From an uncultured virus (IMG/VR IMGVR_UViG_3300008116_000021) (lineage: Duplodnaviria; Heunggongvirae; Uroviricota; Caudoviricetes): 64,000 nucleotides of DNA. Each line of letters begins with the position of its first letter. Positions within the stretch are counted from its first letter, which is position 1. Positions 9,671 through 20,443 of this stretch are shown here, piece after piece. The position numbers and the translations under genes are program-made. The DNA lies in IMG/VR virus record IMGVR_UViG_3300008116_000021; one strand, 5' to 3'. The notes under the pieces were generated by a model that did not search any database, was not told the DNA's origin, and saw only the letters and a program-made list of their open reading frames with translations.

Positions 9671-11160
9671 TAATAAACTCCAAATGGATTATCTTGAGTA
9701 AAATCAATAATATCTATACCTTCATTTTCAATTTCATCATTTTGTGCGTAAGGATCTTCAGTGATAAAATCATCATATTTTCTAACAACCCAAGATGCGC
9801 TGGATGCAGATCCTACAATTGATTCTCCTCTAATAAATTCTCCAGATACAATTGATACTAATAATTGTTTACTATTTATGTCCCAATCTCTAACTCTTGC
9901 CTGAGCACCAGATGTTGCACCAATAATAATTTCATTATACTGATAAGTTCCAACGCCAGCATTATTTGTAATTGCTGATGGTGGTGATATTGTAATCGTT
10001 GGTGAAATTAATCTCCCAAGATCATCATATTCTGGATTGTATCCATATCCAGCATCTCTTATGCCTAATGTGACTATTCCAACATTGGTCGTAGTTGAAA
10101 CTCCTAATACATTGATAAGATTTGCTGCAATCACTGCATTTGTAGATCCTATTCCAGATAAAGTTGGTGATATAGTAACTGATGGTATTGTAAAATAACC
10201 TTTTCCAGAATTAGTAAGATATGCACTTGATATTCCGATTAAACCACTATCATTAACAATACATGTTGCTATGGCGCCAGATCCTTTTCCAGCGGCGCTC
10301 ACAAATGTTAAAGTTGGTGGTTCGGTATATCCATATCCAGTGTTAGTAATTAAAACTTCATATATTGAATATGCGTCTCCAATAGAAGTCGTTATTGCAA
10401 CTGCTTTTGCATTTGCTGCTGGAACTCCAACTGGGGAAGTTGAAATAGAAACCAATGGTGGTTCTATATATCCGTTTCCATCATTCAGTAGTACAATTTT
10501 TTGAACATATCCAGATCCAAAAGTTGTCACGCCAACCTTTCCAACCGCAGTTTGGGCATAATCATCGTCAATAAGATACAATGTTGTGGTAACATCTTTG
10601 ATCAATTCATCAACTTCTGCTACAGAGGTATCCATAATTTCATCTTCATATTCAAAGAGTTCGCATATTACTTCATAAACGTATGTTTTACCAAGTTGAT
10701 AAAATGGTTTTTCATGCTCAACAAACTTAACTTCGAACAATCTTTGTCCGAGTGGAAAATATATTAAATCACCTTCTCTAGGTCTTACTACCAATTCTTC
10801 ATCTTCGTCATTGTATAATAAATTTGGATTATATATTGATGCCATAATGGGACCAATAAATTCTTCAAATCTTTCTTTCGAGATAGTTAAAGTAACCTCA
10901 TCTCTCAAAGAAACTCCAAATTTAGTCATGATATCTCCAGCACCAGCATATCCTTCATAATTATTGACATATGCTTCAATAATGAAGTTATCATCAAACT
11001 TCGATGATTGAACTTCTCTTAGAACTTTATCAGTTCTAATCATTTTTCTTGGGATATACATCACATCAATACCATAGATCTTCAACTGCTCGTTTATTAG
11101 ATCTTGGACAAGATTTTGTTCAGAAGATAATCCTTGACTAAAAAATGGATTTAATGCCAT
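9670..11160 (-). CDS. g14: Neck protein gp14 with internal insertion
   Basis: LNPFF start, RPREGDLIYFP, EKPFYQLGK; G-x-G-Y repeat insertion; NPFG end. Confidence 0.92.
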   Translation of the reverse strand: MALNPFFSQGLSSEQNLVQDLINEQLKIYGIDVMYIPRKMIRTDKVLREVQSSKFDDNFIIEAYVNNYEGYAGAGDIMTKFGVSLRDEVTLTISKERFEEFIGPIMASIYNPNLLYNDEDEELVVRPREGDLIYFPLGQRLFEVKFVEHEKPFYQLGKTYVYEVICELFEYEDEIMDTSVAEVDELIKDVTTTLYLIDDDYAQTAVGKVGVTTFGSGYVQKIVLLNDGNGYIEPPLVSISTSPVGVPAANAKAVAITTSIGDAYSIYEVLITNTGYGYTEPPTLTFVSAAGKGSGAIATCIVNDSGLIGISSAYLTNSGKGYFTIPSVTISPTLSGIGSTNAVIAANLINVLGVSTTTNVGIVTLGIRDAGYGYNPEYDDLGRLISPTITISPPSAITNNAGVGTYQYNEIIIGATSGAQARVRDWDINSKQLLVSIVSGEFIRGESIVGSASSASWVVRKYDDFITEDPYAQNDEIENEGIDIIDFTQDNPFGVY

Positions 11161-11164
11161 AATA

Positions 11165-12001
11165 TCATCCTATCATATCTAGAGGTGGTAATTCGTACTC
11201 TAGCGCCATTCTTTGCTTCAAGTCTAAAAGTTCTCTCTCAGCATCATCATAGAGTTCTCTCCCATTTAGTTCTATACCACCAGGAAGTTTAACTCCCCTA
11301 AATTTAATTAGATTTTGTCCCCATTGCTTTTTAATTAAAGCTGTTAGATATTTTTTTAAGAAACTATCATTATAAACTTTAGTGAAGTTATTTGGATCTA
11401 ATATTCTATAGCACTCAAGAACAATCCAAGTATCTTTGGATTTTGCACCCCAATCGATGTCTAAGTACAATCTATTTTGCCTTTTATTAAATCTTATTTG
11501 CTTGTCTGTACTTAGCAGAAAATCAATATCTTCAAGATAACTCTTTACCATTGCATACTGCAATAATTCAACAGAATTGAAGTAGTAAAGATCGTTTAAG
11601 AATAGTTGATATTTAATACTAAACATTCCAGCAGAAATTGAACTCGTATCAAATTTAAAAACTTTTTCAACTCCAATAACTGAGTCTGGAACTTGAATAT
11701 AATTTGATGACTCATAAAAATTAAAAGATGTACTCGCCACACCAACAGAAGTTCCAGATGTTGTCACAACACCAACTCCATCTGGCGCCTTTGCTCTTCC
11801 CCTATCTAAATCTGCTTGAGTTATTTTGTACTTCAAATACATTTTCTCCACACCATCAAAGTGGCGCTCATGGAAATACTGCAAAGCATCATCAACTAAA
11901 TCATCTATTTGTTCATCAGCAACGTTGATTTCTAAAACTGGTGCTCCAAGTTGCCTTAGGCAATAATCAATTAATCCTTGTCTTGTAGATGCTTGTGCCA
12001 T
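11165..12001 (-). CDS. g13: Neck protein gp13
   Basis: CLRQLGAPVLEINV, KQWGQNLIKF, LPGGIELNG. Confidence 0.95.
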   Translation of the reverse strand: MAQASTRQGLIDYCLRQLGAPVLEINVADEQIDDLVDDALQYFHERHFDGVEKMYLKYKITQADLDRGRAKAPDGVGVVTTSGTSVGVASTSFNFYESSNYIQVPDSVIGVEKVFKFDTSSISAGMFSIKYQLFLNDLYYFNSVELLQYAMVKSYLEDIDFLLSTDKQIRFNKRQNRLYLDIDWGAKSKDTWIVLECYRILDPNNFTKVYNDSFLKKYLTALIKKQWGQNLIKFRGVKLPGGIELNGRELYDDAERELLDLKQRMALEYELPPLDMIG

Positions 12002-12591
12002 CAGTAAAATCCTCCATCTATACTATCAGTCCAAACTGGAATGTTACTTTCATTGGTTGTTAATAGTAAATTAGTTGTTTGGATACCAACAGAAGGAGTT
12101 GCAGTTGCTACTATTTCTGCGTTTGGTCCAAAGTATGCAATTCCATAAGTATTTCCAACACCTGCTTGTACAGTTGTAATGCCAGTTAGTGCTAGATTAT
12201 CAACATGTAATGATTTCCATCTTTGAGATGGTGATCCCAAATCATATGTATTATCTAAGTTTGGAACAATATTAGAGTTAACTTCTCCAGTAAATACAAT
12301 GTTATCTGTATTTGTATTACCAAGTCCTAAAACGCCACCATAAAAAATAGTATTACCAATAAATCTAGATGTTCCTTCTACTTGAAAATCATTTTGAACA
12401 TAAACATCATCCCAAAACGTTGTTATTCCCAGAAAATCAGCAGGACCATCAACAGTTAAATCTGTAGTGGTTACAATACCACCAGTGACATTTGTTGCAT
12501 TAATTGCAAGAATAGGTAAATCAGGAGCACCAAAAGCTGTGATAACTTTTATTCTATTTTCTTGTCCTATCCGTACCGGTATTCTAGGCAT
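12001..12591 (-). CDS. Fibre-like virion protein
   Basis: PNLDNTYDLGSPSQRW fibre motif; ends IDGGFY. Confidence 0.55.
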   Translation of the reverse strand: MPRIPVRIGQENRIKVITAFGAPDLPILAINATNVTGGIVTTTDLTVDGPADFLGITTFWDDVYVQNDFQVEGTSRFIGNTIFYGGVLGLGNTNTDNIVFTGEVNSNIVPNLDNTYDLGSPSQRWKSLHVDNLALTGITTVQAGVGNTYGIAYFGPNAEIVATATPSVGIQTTNLLLTTNESNIPVWTDSIDGGFY

Positions 12592-12929
12592 CAGTAAGTA
12601 ACTCCTTTTCTTACAAATACCATTCCTTCAACGACCTTAGTTTTTTTTGTTCCATCGTTTAAAACTACATCATATACATATCTACCTTCTTTCAATGTAG
12701 CAGTTTGATTTGCAGTTAAACTTATGGAAATAACACCCTCACTAACGACTACAAAACTTACCGCAAAACCAATTTTATTAGTGCTATAAGGATGTTTTCC
12801 TAATTTAGCTTCACCGGTAAAACCACTAAGGTTTAGAGCACTATTACCAGAACTACTAGCCAAGGTAAAGATTTGTTCAAAGTCTGTTCCTGTATTAATT
12901 ACTAAATTGTTAACATAAACAGCAGACAT
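12591..12929 (-). CDS. Small beta-sandwich virion protein
   Basis: ISLTANQTATLKEGRYVYDV...VVEG; late promoter upstream. Confidence 0.55.
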   Translation of the reverse strand: MSAVYVNNLVINTGTDFEQIFTLASSSGNSALNLSGFTGEAKLGKHPYSTNKIGFAVSFVVVSEGVISISLTANQTATLKEGRYVYDVVLNDGTKKTKVVEGMVFVRKGVTY

Positions 12930-12954
12930 TTGAATACTTAAGTATTTAAACTAT

Positions 12955-13134
12955 TTATGATGGATCTAGATTTAGATCAAGCAACACTTCTTGTTGCTTC
13001 ATGTACAATTTTATATACGATTTTGTCATATTTTTAAGTAATTCTACATCATCACATTCATCGATTTCTCGACTAATCCTTTCATATTCAAAAAGTTTGT
13101 TGACATTACTTAAAGTAATTTTATTTGGATCCAT
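12955..13134 (-). CDS. 59-aa helical protein (absent from ORF track), weak NblA-like pattern
   Basis: Hand translation MDPNKITLSNVNKLFEYERISREIDECDDVELLKNMTKSYIKLYMKQQEVLLDLNLDPS; fills the gap between ORFs. Confidence 0.6.
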   Translation of the reverse strand: MDPNKITLSNVNKLFEYERISREIDECDDVELLKNMTKSYIKLYMKQQEVLLDLNLDPS

Positions 13135-13321
13135 TGATCAACTCCTGTAACAATGATTTAATTTCAGAAAGTTCTGATTTGAGATTTTCTATCTCATCTT
13201 TTTCACTCCTCTTTTTATTTTTTATAGTAAGATATTTTGCATATTCTGCAGTATCACAATTTACAATTGCCCCCGTTTCGGGGTCACGATATAAATTTTT
13301 ATGTCCTTCAACTCTTAACAT
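13121..13321 (-). CDS. Hypothetical protein with C-terminal coiled coil
   Basis: RVEGHKNLYRDPETGAIVN...EIENLKSELSEIKSLL. Confidence 0.7.
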   Translation of the reverse strand: MLRVEGHKNLYRDPETGAIVNCDTAEYAKYLTIKNKKRSEKDEIENLKSELSEIKSLLQELINGSK

Positions 13322-13331
13322 AATTTAAATC

Positions 13332-16300
13332 CTACGCGAGTGCAATTGCTCTAAGATCTTTGAATTTTGGTGGATTTGCTTCATCTGTGCTACTCATAAC
13401 AATTTTAATAATAAATCCAGTGAATGGGTCAACGTCATTAATTGAGAATTGGTATTCAGAATATTGACCAACTGGGTTTGCCGCGACAAACGCATCTGCT
13501 CTTCCACTATTCAATGATGGATCTATGATCGTATCACCAAATCCATCACCATCACTATCTCTTAGGTTATCATAACCTGGGAATAATTCATAAGATTGTG
13601 TAATTTCACTAGAATCTGGTCTGAATAATCTGTATAGAACTCTAAAGTCAGCAGTCGATGGGCGATATGCGCCTATTAAAACTTTAAGAGATGATGCGGG
13701 TTGTTTTAGGGATATTTTCTTGGATATGTAAGCTGCTGTATGTGGATCATTAGTTAATTGATTAGATCTTCCATCTGAGACATAATTTTTAATTGGATTA
13801 TTAATCCTTGTTCTTTGTAGGATGAGAGTTGTATTTTCTAAGTCCAGAACAGGAGATAGATTCTTATCATTTGAAGATAAAGTAACCGCGAGAGTTAATG
13901 ATTTATTTCTTGGTAAAGCAGCTAATCTAGCTGCCTCATTTATTGATGAACATACTAATCTTGGGGTGTTAAAACTATTTGGTTGATTTAGCTCAAGACT
14001 CTCATATCCTTGATCTTCAAATGATGTCTCTACACCACCAGCACTAGTTCCGCTTACGGTTCTAATTTCAGATTTTACTCTTGTTCCTTCACCTGGAGTT
14101 ATGACATTTAATTGAGGTAGAATAGTATTAAATTGTAAATTCTGTGATGCTCTGACAGAAGATCCACCTAAAGATTTTTGATCATTGAAACTCAATTGAG
14201 TATCTCCACTTCCTCTGTCTGCTCTTGTAAATTGTAGGTAATACTTATCAGTATCTTTTAGACTAGTTAATGTAGCATTTGAAACCATATTATGTGATTT
14301 ATTCAATCTGTGTAATGATACTCCATTTAATTCATACTTATATGCGATGTCTCCTACAGAATGATCTCTTGCCTGAGTTCCATTTGTACCTCTTGTTCCA
14401 ATACCTAATGTATTGTTTGCATTAACACTATTATAGAAAATAACTTCATTATTGACTTTAATGTATCCAGTCGATGAAGATTGACCTTCAAAAGTAGCAA
14501 ATCCTGCAGTGCTAGCAAGAGAAACTGTAGTAGAGTTTAGTGTAATTACAGCAGTTAATGTTATTGGAGTAGTATTAGGTGTAATATTTGAAATTGAAAC
14601 TTTATTAGAGTCTTGAGTCATTCCATGATTTGGGTGACTTACTTCAAAAGTTGTACCGGTATACAAGTCAGATAATACTGAAGAACTTCTTATTGTTGTA
14701 TTTGCCATTGAAGTTCTCACATTATTATCAAAGTAAACTAATGCTGAACCCGATGTAAATTCTTCACCAGCAACATTTGAGAGATACAATGTATCAATAT
14801 TTGATAAACCAGCAACTGTTATCGTCGCCTTTCCACCTTTTGGAGTAGTTAGAGTGCTAGTTGTTATTCCAAGAACATCACCAACAACATATCCATTTCC
14901 AGATTGACCTGCTCCAACATTTATTGATACTGCAGAGACAACGTTGTTTGCAACTGTAACTACTCCTGTAGCACCAGATCCATTACCATTAATGTTATAA
15001 AAATTTACATTGGAATAAGTTCCATTTGCAAATCCAGTACCTACTCCAGTTAAAGTTAAACCAGAAACTGAACCTCCAACTTGTTCAATATATCCAATTG
15101 GTCCTGGAGCATTACCTTCACTTACTTTTCTTCCAGTATTAAGGATGCCTTGCATCGTGGCATAATTTGCCTGTGATGATAATACAGAAGTAATACCCAC
15201 TCTAAGTTTTCTTGGAAGTGTTTTAATTGGATTCAAATTCAAGTCAGGTGTGATGTAAGTTGTATCACTGATAGTTGGATTATAGAAATAAACTGTTCCA
15301 GTCTTATTAACAAAATTTGCTTTATATAATTTAAATTTCATATCTTCAAACTGATTAGCAGTCCATATTGTTCCATTCTGTGATTTAAACAAACTTCCAC
15401 CAATGTATTGTTTTGTTACAAGAACACTTTCTGCGTTTGGTAATGATTGAGTGTTAACTGTCTTTTCACCCATTCTCGCAATCCAACATTCATAATTATT
15501 TGAAGTTGGTGCTAAAACAACAATCGCGTATTCTCTATTTGGTTCCAGATAAATTGGGGATTGGAACTTTACATTAGTTGCAACTTCTGCATTTGATGAA
15601 ACATTAACCTGTGTTGGTTCTAATGGAACTCTGCAGAAATCTTGGACCATCGTATTTGTTGGGGTTCCTAGTTCAACTGTTCTAAGCTCAACAAATACTT
15701 TCTCACTATCATCTTTGCTGGCAAAGAATAGATCTACTGAAGTTAAGAAAGCTCCAGTTTCATCTACTGTGAATGATTGTGCGAGAGGGTCCTTACCTCC
15801 TCTACGTGGTGGTGGTGGAGGTGGGGGTGGTTTTCTAACGGTAACTAAAGTTTGAGTATATACGTCTACAACTCCACTTGCGCTATAAGTAGTTTCTGCC
15901 GCACTAATTAGCAAACTACCAGTAACGTTTTGAGAATTACTTGAACTAGAAGTTAACTTAAATGCTCTGGTTCCTACTTGGAAACGAACTGATGGTGGTG
16001 GTGTTGTAAGAGGGTTTCTAAAGAATAATGCCCCTCCAACATCACCCCAGGTATCTGTGATCAAGCGAATGTCAGTAACTCTTGCTTGAGCACCGCTACT
16101 TTCACCAACTAATATGCAGTCTCTTGCAATTCTACCAAAAAATCTACCTTGAACTTCTTGTACTAAAGATCTAATATCAACGTTTAGAACTGTTGAAGAT
16201 GAAGTGTAGTTTGATGGTAAAGTTAATGACTTATTATATGGGTTTAATGTGAATACAGTTTGCCAGGAATTTGGATTATTAATATCACCTAATTTATGGT

Positions 16301-19300
16301 TGGGTGCTGCTAGTCTAAAAGTGACTATAGTATCAGATCCCAAATAACCTTTAACTACTTCTCCACTGCTGAATACACCAGAAATCATAGAGATTTCTAT
16401 TAATTTGGGAACAATATCAACTCCACTAGATCCATCAAAGAATGGATAGTATCTTGTTAATGGTTTTAGTCCACCTGCTGCGAATCCAACATTTCTAGAT
16501 CTTAAATGGGTATCTGGATAACTACTAGTCTTAATTGTCTCAATATATGTTCCATCATAAGAACCAGTAATTGTTCTGGTACCACCATCAACAAAAACAT
16601 CTCTAACCCAGTTATCTGTTGGTGGATGCAAGGTAATTCCACCATTGAATTCAATCATATTGAATGGATTTACATTCTCTACCCTAGAAGCAAGTGGCTG
16701 TTCAATCCATCCAACTTCAGTGTAATTTAAAGTGATAATATCTCCAGTTTTCTTAACAGTTGATTCTAAAAGATTTAAATCTGCATTAAAATCTGCTGTA
16801 CTATAGTCAGTTCCAGTTGCAAGTGCTAATTCTGGTGTAATTGAAAAATTCTGTATTGCTGGAACTAACTCTTGATTAACTGTATCAATTACTGCTTCTG
16901 CATCTGGATCACTTAACTCAATGAATGAATTGTCTTTAAAATCATCGACAAAAAATCCAGTTTTAAATCTACTTAAACCATCAGCATCTTGGATTTGTAA
17001 AGATTTTGTATTTAACTCCAGTAAACTTAATGATGTTGTTATTTCTAGATTTTTAATTCTATCTTCCAGTTTACCAATATCTCTCATTGTGTAACGTCTA
17101 TTATCAACGAGAATAATACTCGCATCTGAAGTGTTATACAGATATGGTGGTAATTCTATAGTTGCTATATCCATAGCTCCTTCAACATTTGTAGGAAGTT
17201 TTGGATCTAACGCTGGAACCCCCTGCACAACTGAAAATTGACCAAGACTATTTAAAACAAGTAGATCTTTTCTACCCAAATAATAATTGTAAGATATTAA
17301 TGAACTTTCTCCAGGAGCAACGATGATTGCTGAGTTAGTTCCTGAAGTAGCAAAATTTCTACTTGCAAAAGCAAATGGTGATTGAGTTGTAGAGGTATTT
17401 ACAGAAACCATTGGTCTAAAATCCAATGTATCTGTTGCCCTTGTTCCATCTGGTAAATATGGAACATCTTTAGTGAATCTTTCTGCTGGATAAGATGAAA
17501 CTACAAATACATCTCCAGAATCACCTGACGGAACTTGATAATAATCAAATACAACTAGCAATTGTCTTGATGGAATAGAGTCAGTTTTTCTAACAATTTT
17601 TGAATAATCATAATATTGATCTTTTTGACCTTTATCCAATGTAAAGTTATTTGTCACATCTAGGTACGAACCTTGAGTAATATTTTGTAGATTGGTTATA
17701 ATCCCCGATTCTTCAAATGTAGATGTTTCACCAATAACAAACTTTTCTGTCGTTAGATAAACAATATTAACTTCGGACGATGATGGTATTTCTACAATTT
17801 GTGCTACTGCTCCACTGGAAGATCCAATGATTCTTTCTCCAACAATGGCAGATATTGTAAGATTTAGTCCAGAAATAAAAGTTAACTTATCAAAAACTGG
17901 TTTTATGTTGTTTAGTGATTCAAATACTTTGGTAACCTTAACTACATCTGGTCTATTCAGAGATATTTCTTTATCCTCTACTCTTAGTCCATAAAATGAA
18001 TTCTTAGTCAATCCATTGTTATCAGTTGAAATGCCGGTCTGAGAGTTATTTACAATAAGTTGACCCGATCTTATGTAACTCTTTTGTTTGGCCAACATTG
18101 AGTTTTTCACAAGAGTAACGTTTATAGTTACATTATTAGATTGTGACGTTCTAAGACCATTAACAGTTAATTGGGTACCATCACCAGAAATAGTAAATTG
18201 ATCACCAGATAAATCTTCAATTGCACCATCAGAATAGTGAACAGAATATCTGTCAGCATCAAAGGATTGGAAAAATGCACTTGTGATACCAACTGATGAT
18301 GTTGTTAATGTTAACGTTCCACTAGCATTGGTAGATTGTCCTGTAATTTGTCTTCTAAGTTGAATATTTGATGATGATAGATTTACTGATCCAACATTTT
18401 TATTACTTAACTTTGCGTATAGACCTTGATTTTCTTTGTTTAAAATTGTTGGAACACCTAGTGTTGCAGTAACTCCACTCACTGTTGAACCTGGCAGTGC
18501 TCCACTGCAAACATCTGTTACGTCAGTAACTGCAACTAAAGTAATCGTTTTTAAATCTGCTGAAATTGAAGAGACTCTATTAAAAGTTTCTGTTGCAACA
18601 CCAGCAATTTGATATCTAATAATAGAACCAACCTTAACTAATCCGAAAGTTTTTCCTGGGCAAGTCATTGCACCAGCAGTGGTAATTTGGAACTTATCAC
18701 TTAGAATAAATCCAGGAATATTTGATCTTTGGAGAATAACATCTCCACCAAAATCTGTTTGGAATCCCGAAAATGTTGGATTAGAATCTTGCCATACTGA
18801 TTTAATATCTTCTGTAGAATAAGCAGTTACGGAAGAAACACTTCTGGGAAATTCTTGAGTTTCATTAATTATAAGTGCTTCCCCTACAATAAAGGTTCCA
18901 GAGGTCTGTATGAGGTTTATTGTTGTGCCTGCAGCAGCAGTTACCACATATCCTGATGCTCCGCTACTCACACCCCTTACAAGAGATGTAGCGGGGCACT
19001 GAGTCGAGTTAAGTGCTTGATTTAATGTTAGAGTTATATATGTCTGTAAGTCAAATAAGAACAAGTCCCAGGAAGTTGCACCAGTTCTATAAATGTCATC
19101 CGTTAATCCAAATGAATAAACTCTTGCTTCGCCAATTTCAGTTCCATTTCCAGCGGTTGTTGAGTTTCTTCTTTGATTATAAAGTTTTACTTTGTTACTG
19201 TTATTGTTTATTCCAAAAAATGGAGTACCAAAAACGTTATTTAATCTTAATAATGTACCAAATTCAAAAGGAATGAGTGCTCTTGGAACCAATGCCGTTG

Positions 19301-20441
19301 TTCTTGGTTTTTCTACATCAACAATAGTATCTGTTTGTTTTTCTATATCAAAACCTTTAACGTATGCTCTACCTGGAGAAATTTTTACAGACATTAGATT
19401 GTCTGATGGGGTTAGTCCGTTTTGTGTTGTTTCTCCAGGTAAATAAGTACCTTCATTTGAAAGTCTATCATTTAAAGATTCTGTGACATTGACTATAAAC
19501 TTATCTACTGCATAATTTCCCGACTCTTCAAATGTCCTCTTTGCAAAATAATCTTTAACGATTGAATATGTCGATTTATTCTGTAATTTTTTAATTAATC
19601 CACCATTTAATCTTAATAACTCTACGAAATTCTTATCATCAATATCCGTTAGTGGTTTTTTAGTTAACGTCGTTGAAATTTTTAATCTGTCTGCACCTGG
19701 TGCAGCAAAGTTAGAAAATCCTCTTGCATTATCATAAAGATTTGGATCTTCTTTGATTGTGGTTATTTCTTCCGAAATATTTAATCCTACTCTATACGAT
19801 GGTTCATTTGTATATGGATCTAAAACAATTTTATCTGCTGAAACATTAACAAAAGATCCTCTGATGAAATATACACCATTTGCAACAGCTGCAGCACAAC
19901 CAATAGCACAAGCACCAGTTGCTATTAAAGTTGCTACAGTATCATCTTCATTTAATGTCGTATTTCCATATGTAAATGCTGTTTCAGTTATTAACTCTTC
20001 TCCATCATCTAAAAACTTAATCGTGTTATCATCGCCAGCATTTAGATATTGGACGAATAATGTCAAATCAGTAATTTCGCTTGAATCCTCTGGGGTTAAA
20101 TATGAGTCTACTACTACGGAAATACCAGTAATTGATCCTGTGAGTTTTTTGCCAATTAATTGATCGGCATATAAAATAACAGGAATTCCAAGATGCTCTG
20201 TGTTTATTTTTATCGAATGATAATCCGAAATATAAGTAATGCCACCAGGAATAACCATGGAGCCATCTTTAAACATATGGCTTCCAAAAGACTCAATTTG
20301 ATCTTGAAGGATAGATTGTAAAGTTGTTAATTCTCTTGCCTGAATTGGAAATCCAGGTTTGAATAAAACTCTATAATAGTTATTCTCTTTATCAAAATCA
20401 TCATAATATGGATTAAGATTTAGATTAGTCTTTTGTGGCAT
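13332..20441 (-). CDS. Large virion structural protein (VrlC/DUF4815-like)
   Basis: 2369 aa; NPYYDDFD...VLFKPG...QARELTTLQSILQ, APGADRLKI, RFKTGFFVDDF, DPLAQSF, DLRAIALA end. Confidence 0.85.
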   Translation of the reverse strand: MPQKTNLNLNPYYDDFDKENNYYRVLFKPGFPIQARELTTLQSILQDQIESFGSHMFKDGSMVIPGGITYISDYHSIKINTEHLGIPVILYADQLIGKKLTGSITGISVVVDSYLTPEDSSEITDLTLFVQYLNAGDDNTIKFLDDGEELITETAFTYGNTTLNEDDTVATLIATGACAIGCAAAVANGVYFIRGSFVNVSADKIVLDPYTNEPSYRVGLNISEEITTIKEDPNLYDNARGFSNFAAPGADRLKISTTLTKKPLTDIDDKNFVELLRLNGGLIKKLQNKSTYSIVKDYFAKRTFEESGNYAVDKFIVNVTESLNDRLSNEGTYLPGETTQNGLTPSDNLMSVKISPGRAYVKGFDIEKQTDTIVDVEKPRTTALVPRALIPFEFGTLLRLNNVFGTPFFGINNNSNKVKLYNQRRNSTTAGNGTEIGEARVYSFGLTDDIYRTGATSWDLFLFDLQTYITLTLNQALNSTQCPATSLVRGVSSGASGYVVTAAAGTTINLIQTSGTFIVGEALIINETQEFPRSVSSVTAYSTEDIKSVWQDSNPTFSGFQTDFGGDVILQRSNIPGFILSDKFQITTAGAMTCPGKTFGLVKVGSIIRYQIAGVATETFNRVSSISADLKTITLVAVTDVTDVCSGALPGSTVSGVTATLGVPTILNKENQGLYAKLSNKNVGSVNLSSSNIQLRRQITGQSTNASGTLTLTTSSVGITSAFFQSFDADRYSVHYSDGAIEDLSGDQFTISGDGTQLTVNGLRTSQSNNVTINVTLVKNSMLAKQKSYIRSGQLIVNNSQTGISTDNNGLTKNSFYGLRVEDKEISLNRPDVVKVTKVFESLNNIKPVFDKLTFISGLNLTISAIVGERIIGSSSGAVAQIVEIPSSSEVNIVYLTTEKFVIGETSTFEESGIITNLQNITQGSYLDVTNNFTLDKGQKDQYYDYSKIVRKTDSIPSRQLLVVFDYYQVPSGDSGDVFVVSSYPAERFTKDVPYLPDGTRATDTLDFRPMVSVNTSTTQSPFAFASRNFATSGTNSAIIVAPGESSLISYNYYLGRKDLLVLNSLGQFSVVQGVPALDPKLPTNVEGAMDIATIELPPYLYNTSDASIILVDNRRYTMRDIGKLEDRIKNLEITTSLSLLELNTKSLQIQDADGLSRFKTGFFVDDFKDNSFIELSDPDAEAVIDTVNQELVPAIQNFSITPELALATGTDYSTADFNADLNLLESTVKKTGDIITLNYTEVGWIEQPLASRVENVNPFNMIEFNGGITLHPPTDNWVRDVFVDGGTRTITGSYDGTYIETIKTSSYPDTHLRSRNVGFAAGGLKPLTRYYPFFDGSSGVDIVPKLIEISMISGVFSSGEVVKGYLGSDTIVTFRLAAPNHKLGDINNPNSWQTVFTLNPYNKSLTLPSNYTSSSTVLNVDIRSLVQEVQGRFFGRIARDCILVGESSGAQARVTDIRLITDTWGDVGGALFFRNPLTTPPPSVRFQVGTRAFKLTSSSSNSQNVTGSLLISAAETTYSASGVVDVYTQTLVTVRKPPPPPPPPRRGGKDPLAQSFTVDETGAFLTSVDLFFASKDDSEKVFVELRTVELGTPTNTMVQDFCRVPLEPTQVNVSSNAEVATNVKFQSPIYLEPNREYAIVVLAPTSNNYECWIARMGEKTVNTQSLPNAESVLVTKQYIGGSLFKSQNGTIWTANQFEDMKFKLYKANFVNKTGTVYFYNPTISDTTYITPDLNLNPIKTLPRKLRVGITSVLSSQANYATMQGILNTGRKVSEGNAPGPIGYIEQVGGSVSGLTLTGVGTGFANGTYSNVNFYNINGNGSGATGVVTVANNVVSAVSINVGAGQSGNGYVVGDVLGITTSTLTTPKGGKATITVAGLSNIDTLYLSNVAGEEFTSGSALVYFDNNVRTSMANTTIRSSSVLSDLYTGTTFEVSHPNHGMTQDSNKVSISNITPNTTPITLTAVITLNSTTVSLASTAGFATFEGQSSSTGYIKVNNEVIFYNSVNANNTLGIGTRGTNGTQARDHSVGDIAYKYELNGVSLHRLNKSHNMVSNATLTSLKDTDKYYLQFTRADRGSGDTQLSFNDQKSLGGSSVRASQNLQFNTILPQLNVITPGEGTRVKSEIRTVSGTSAGGVETSFEDQGYESLELNQPNSFNTPRLVCSSINEAARLAALPRNKSLTLAVTLSSNDKNLSPVLDLENTTLILQRTRINNPIKNYVSDGRSNQLTNDPHTAAYISKKISLKQPASSLKVLIGAYRPSTADFRVLYRLFRPDSSEITQSYELFPGYDNLRDSDGDGFGDTIIDPSLNSGRADAFVAANPVGQYSEYQFSINDVDPFTGFIIKIVMSSTDEANPPKFKDLRAIALA

Positions 20442-20443
20442 TT

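Noticed and set aside
15805..15831. GGT-rich simple repeat
   Set aside because: Encodes a poly-proline linker in the large structural protein
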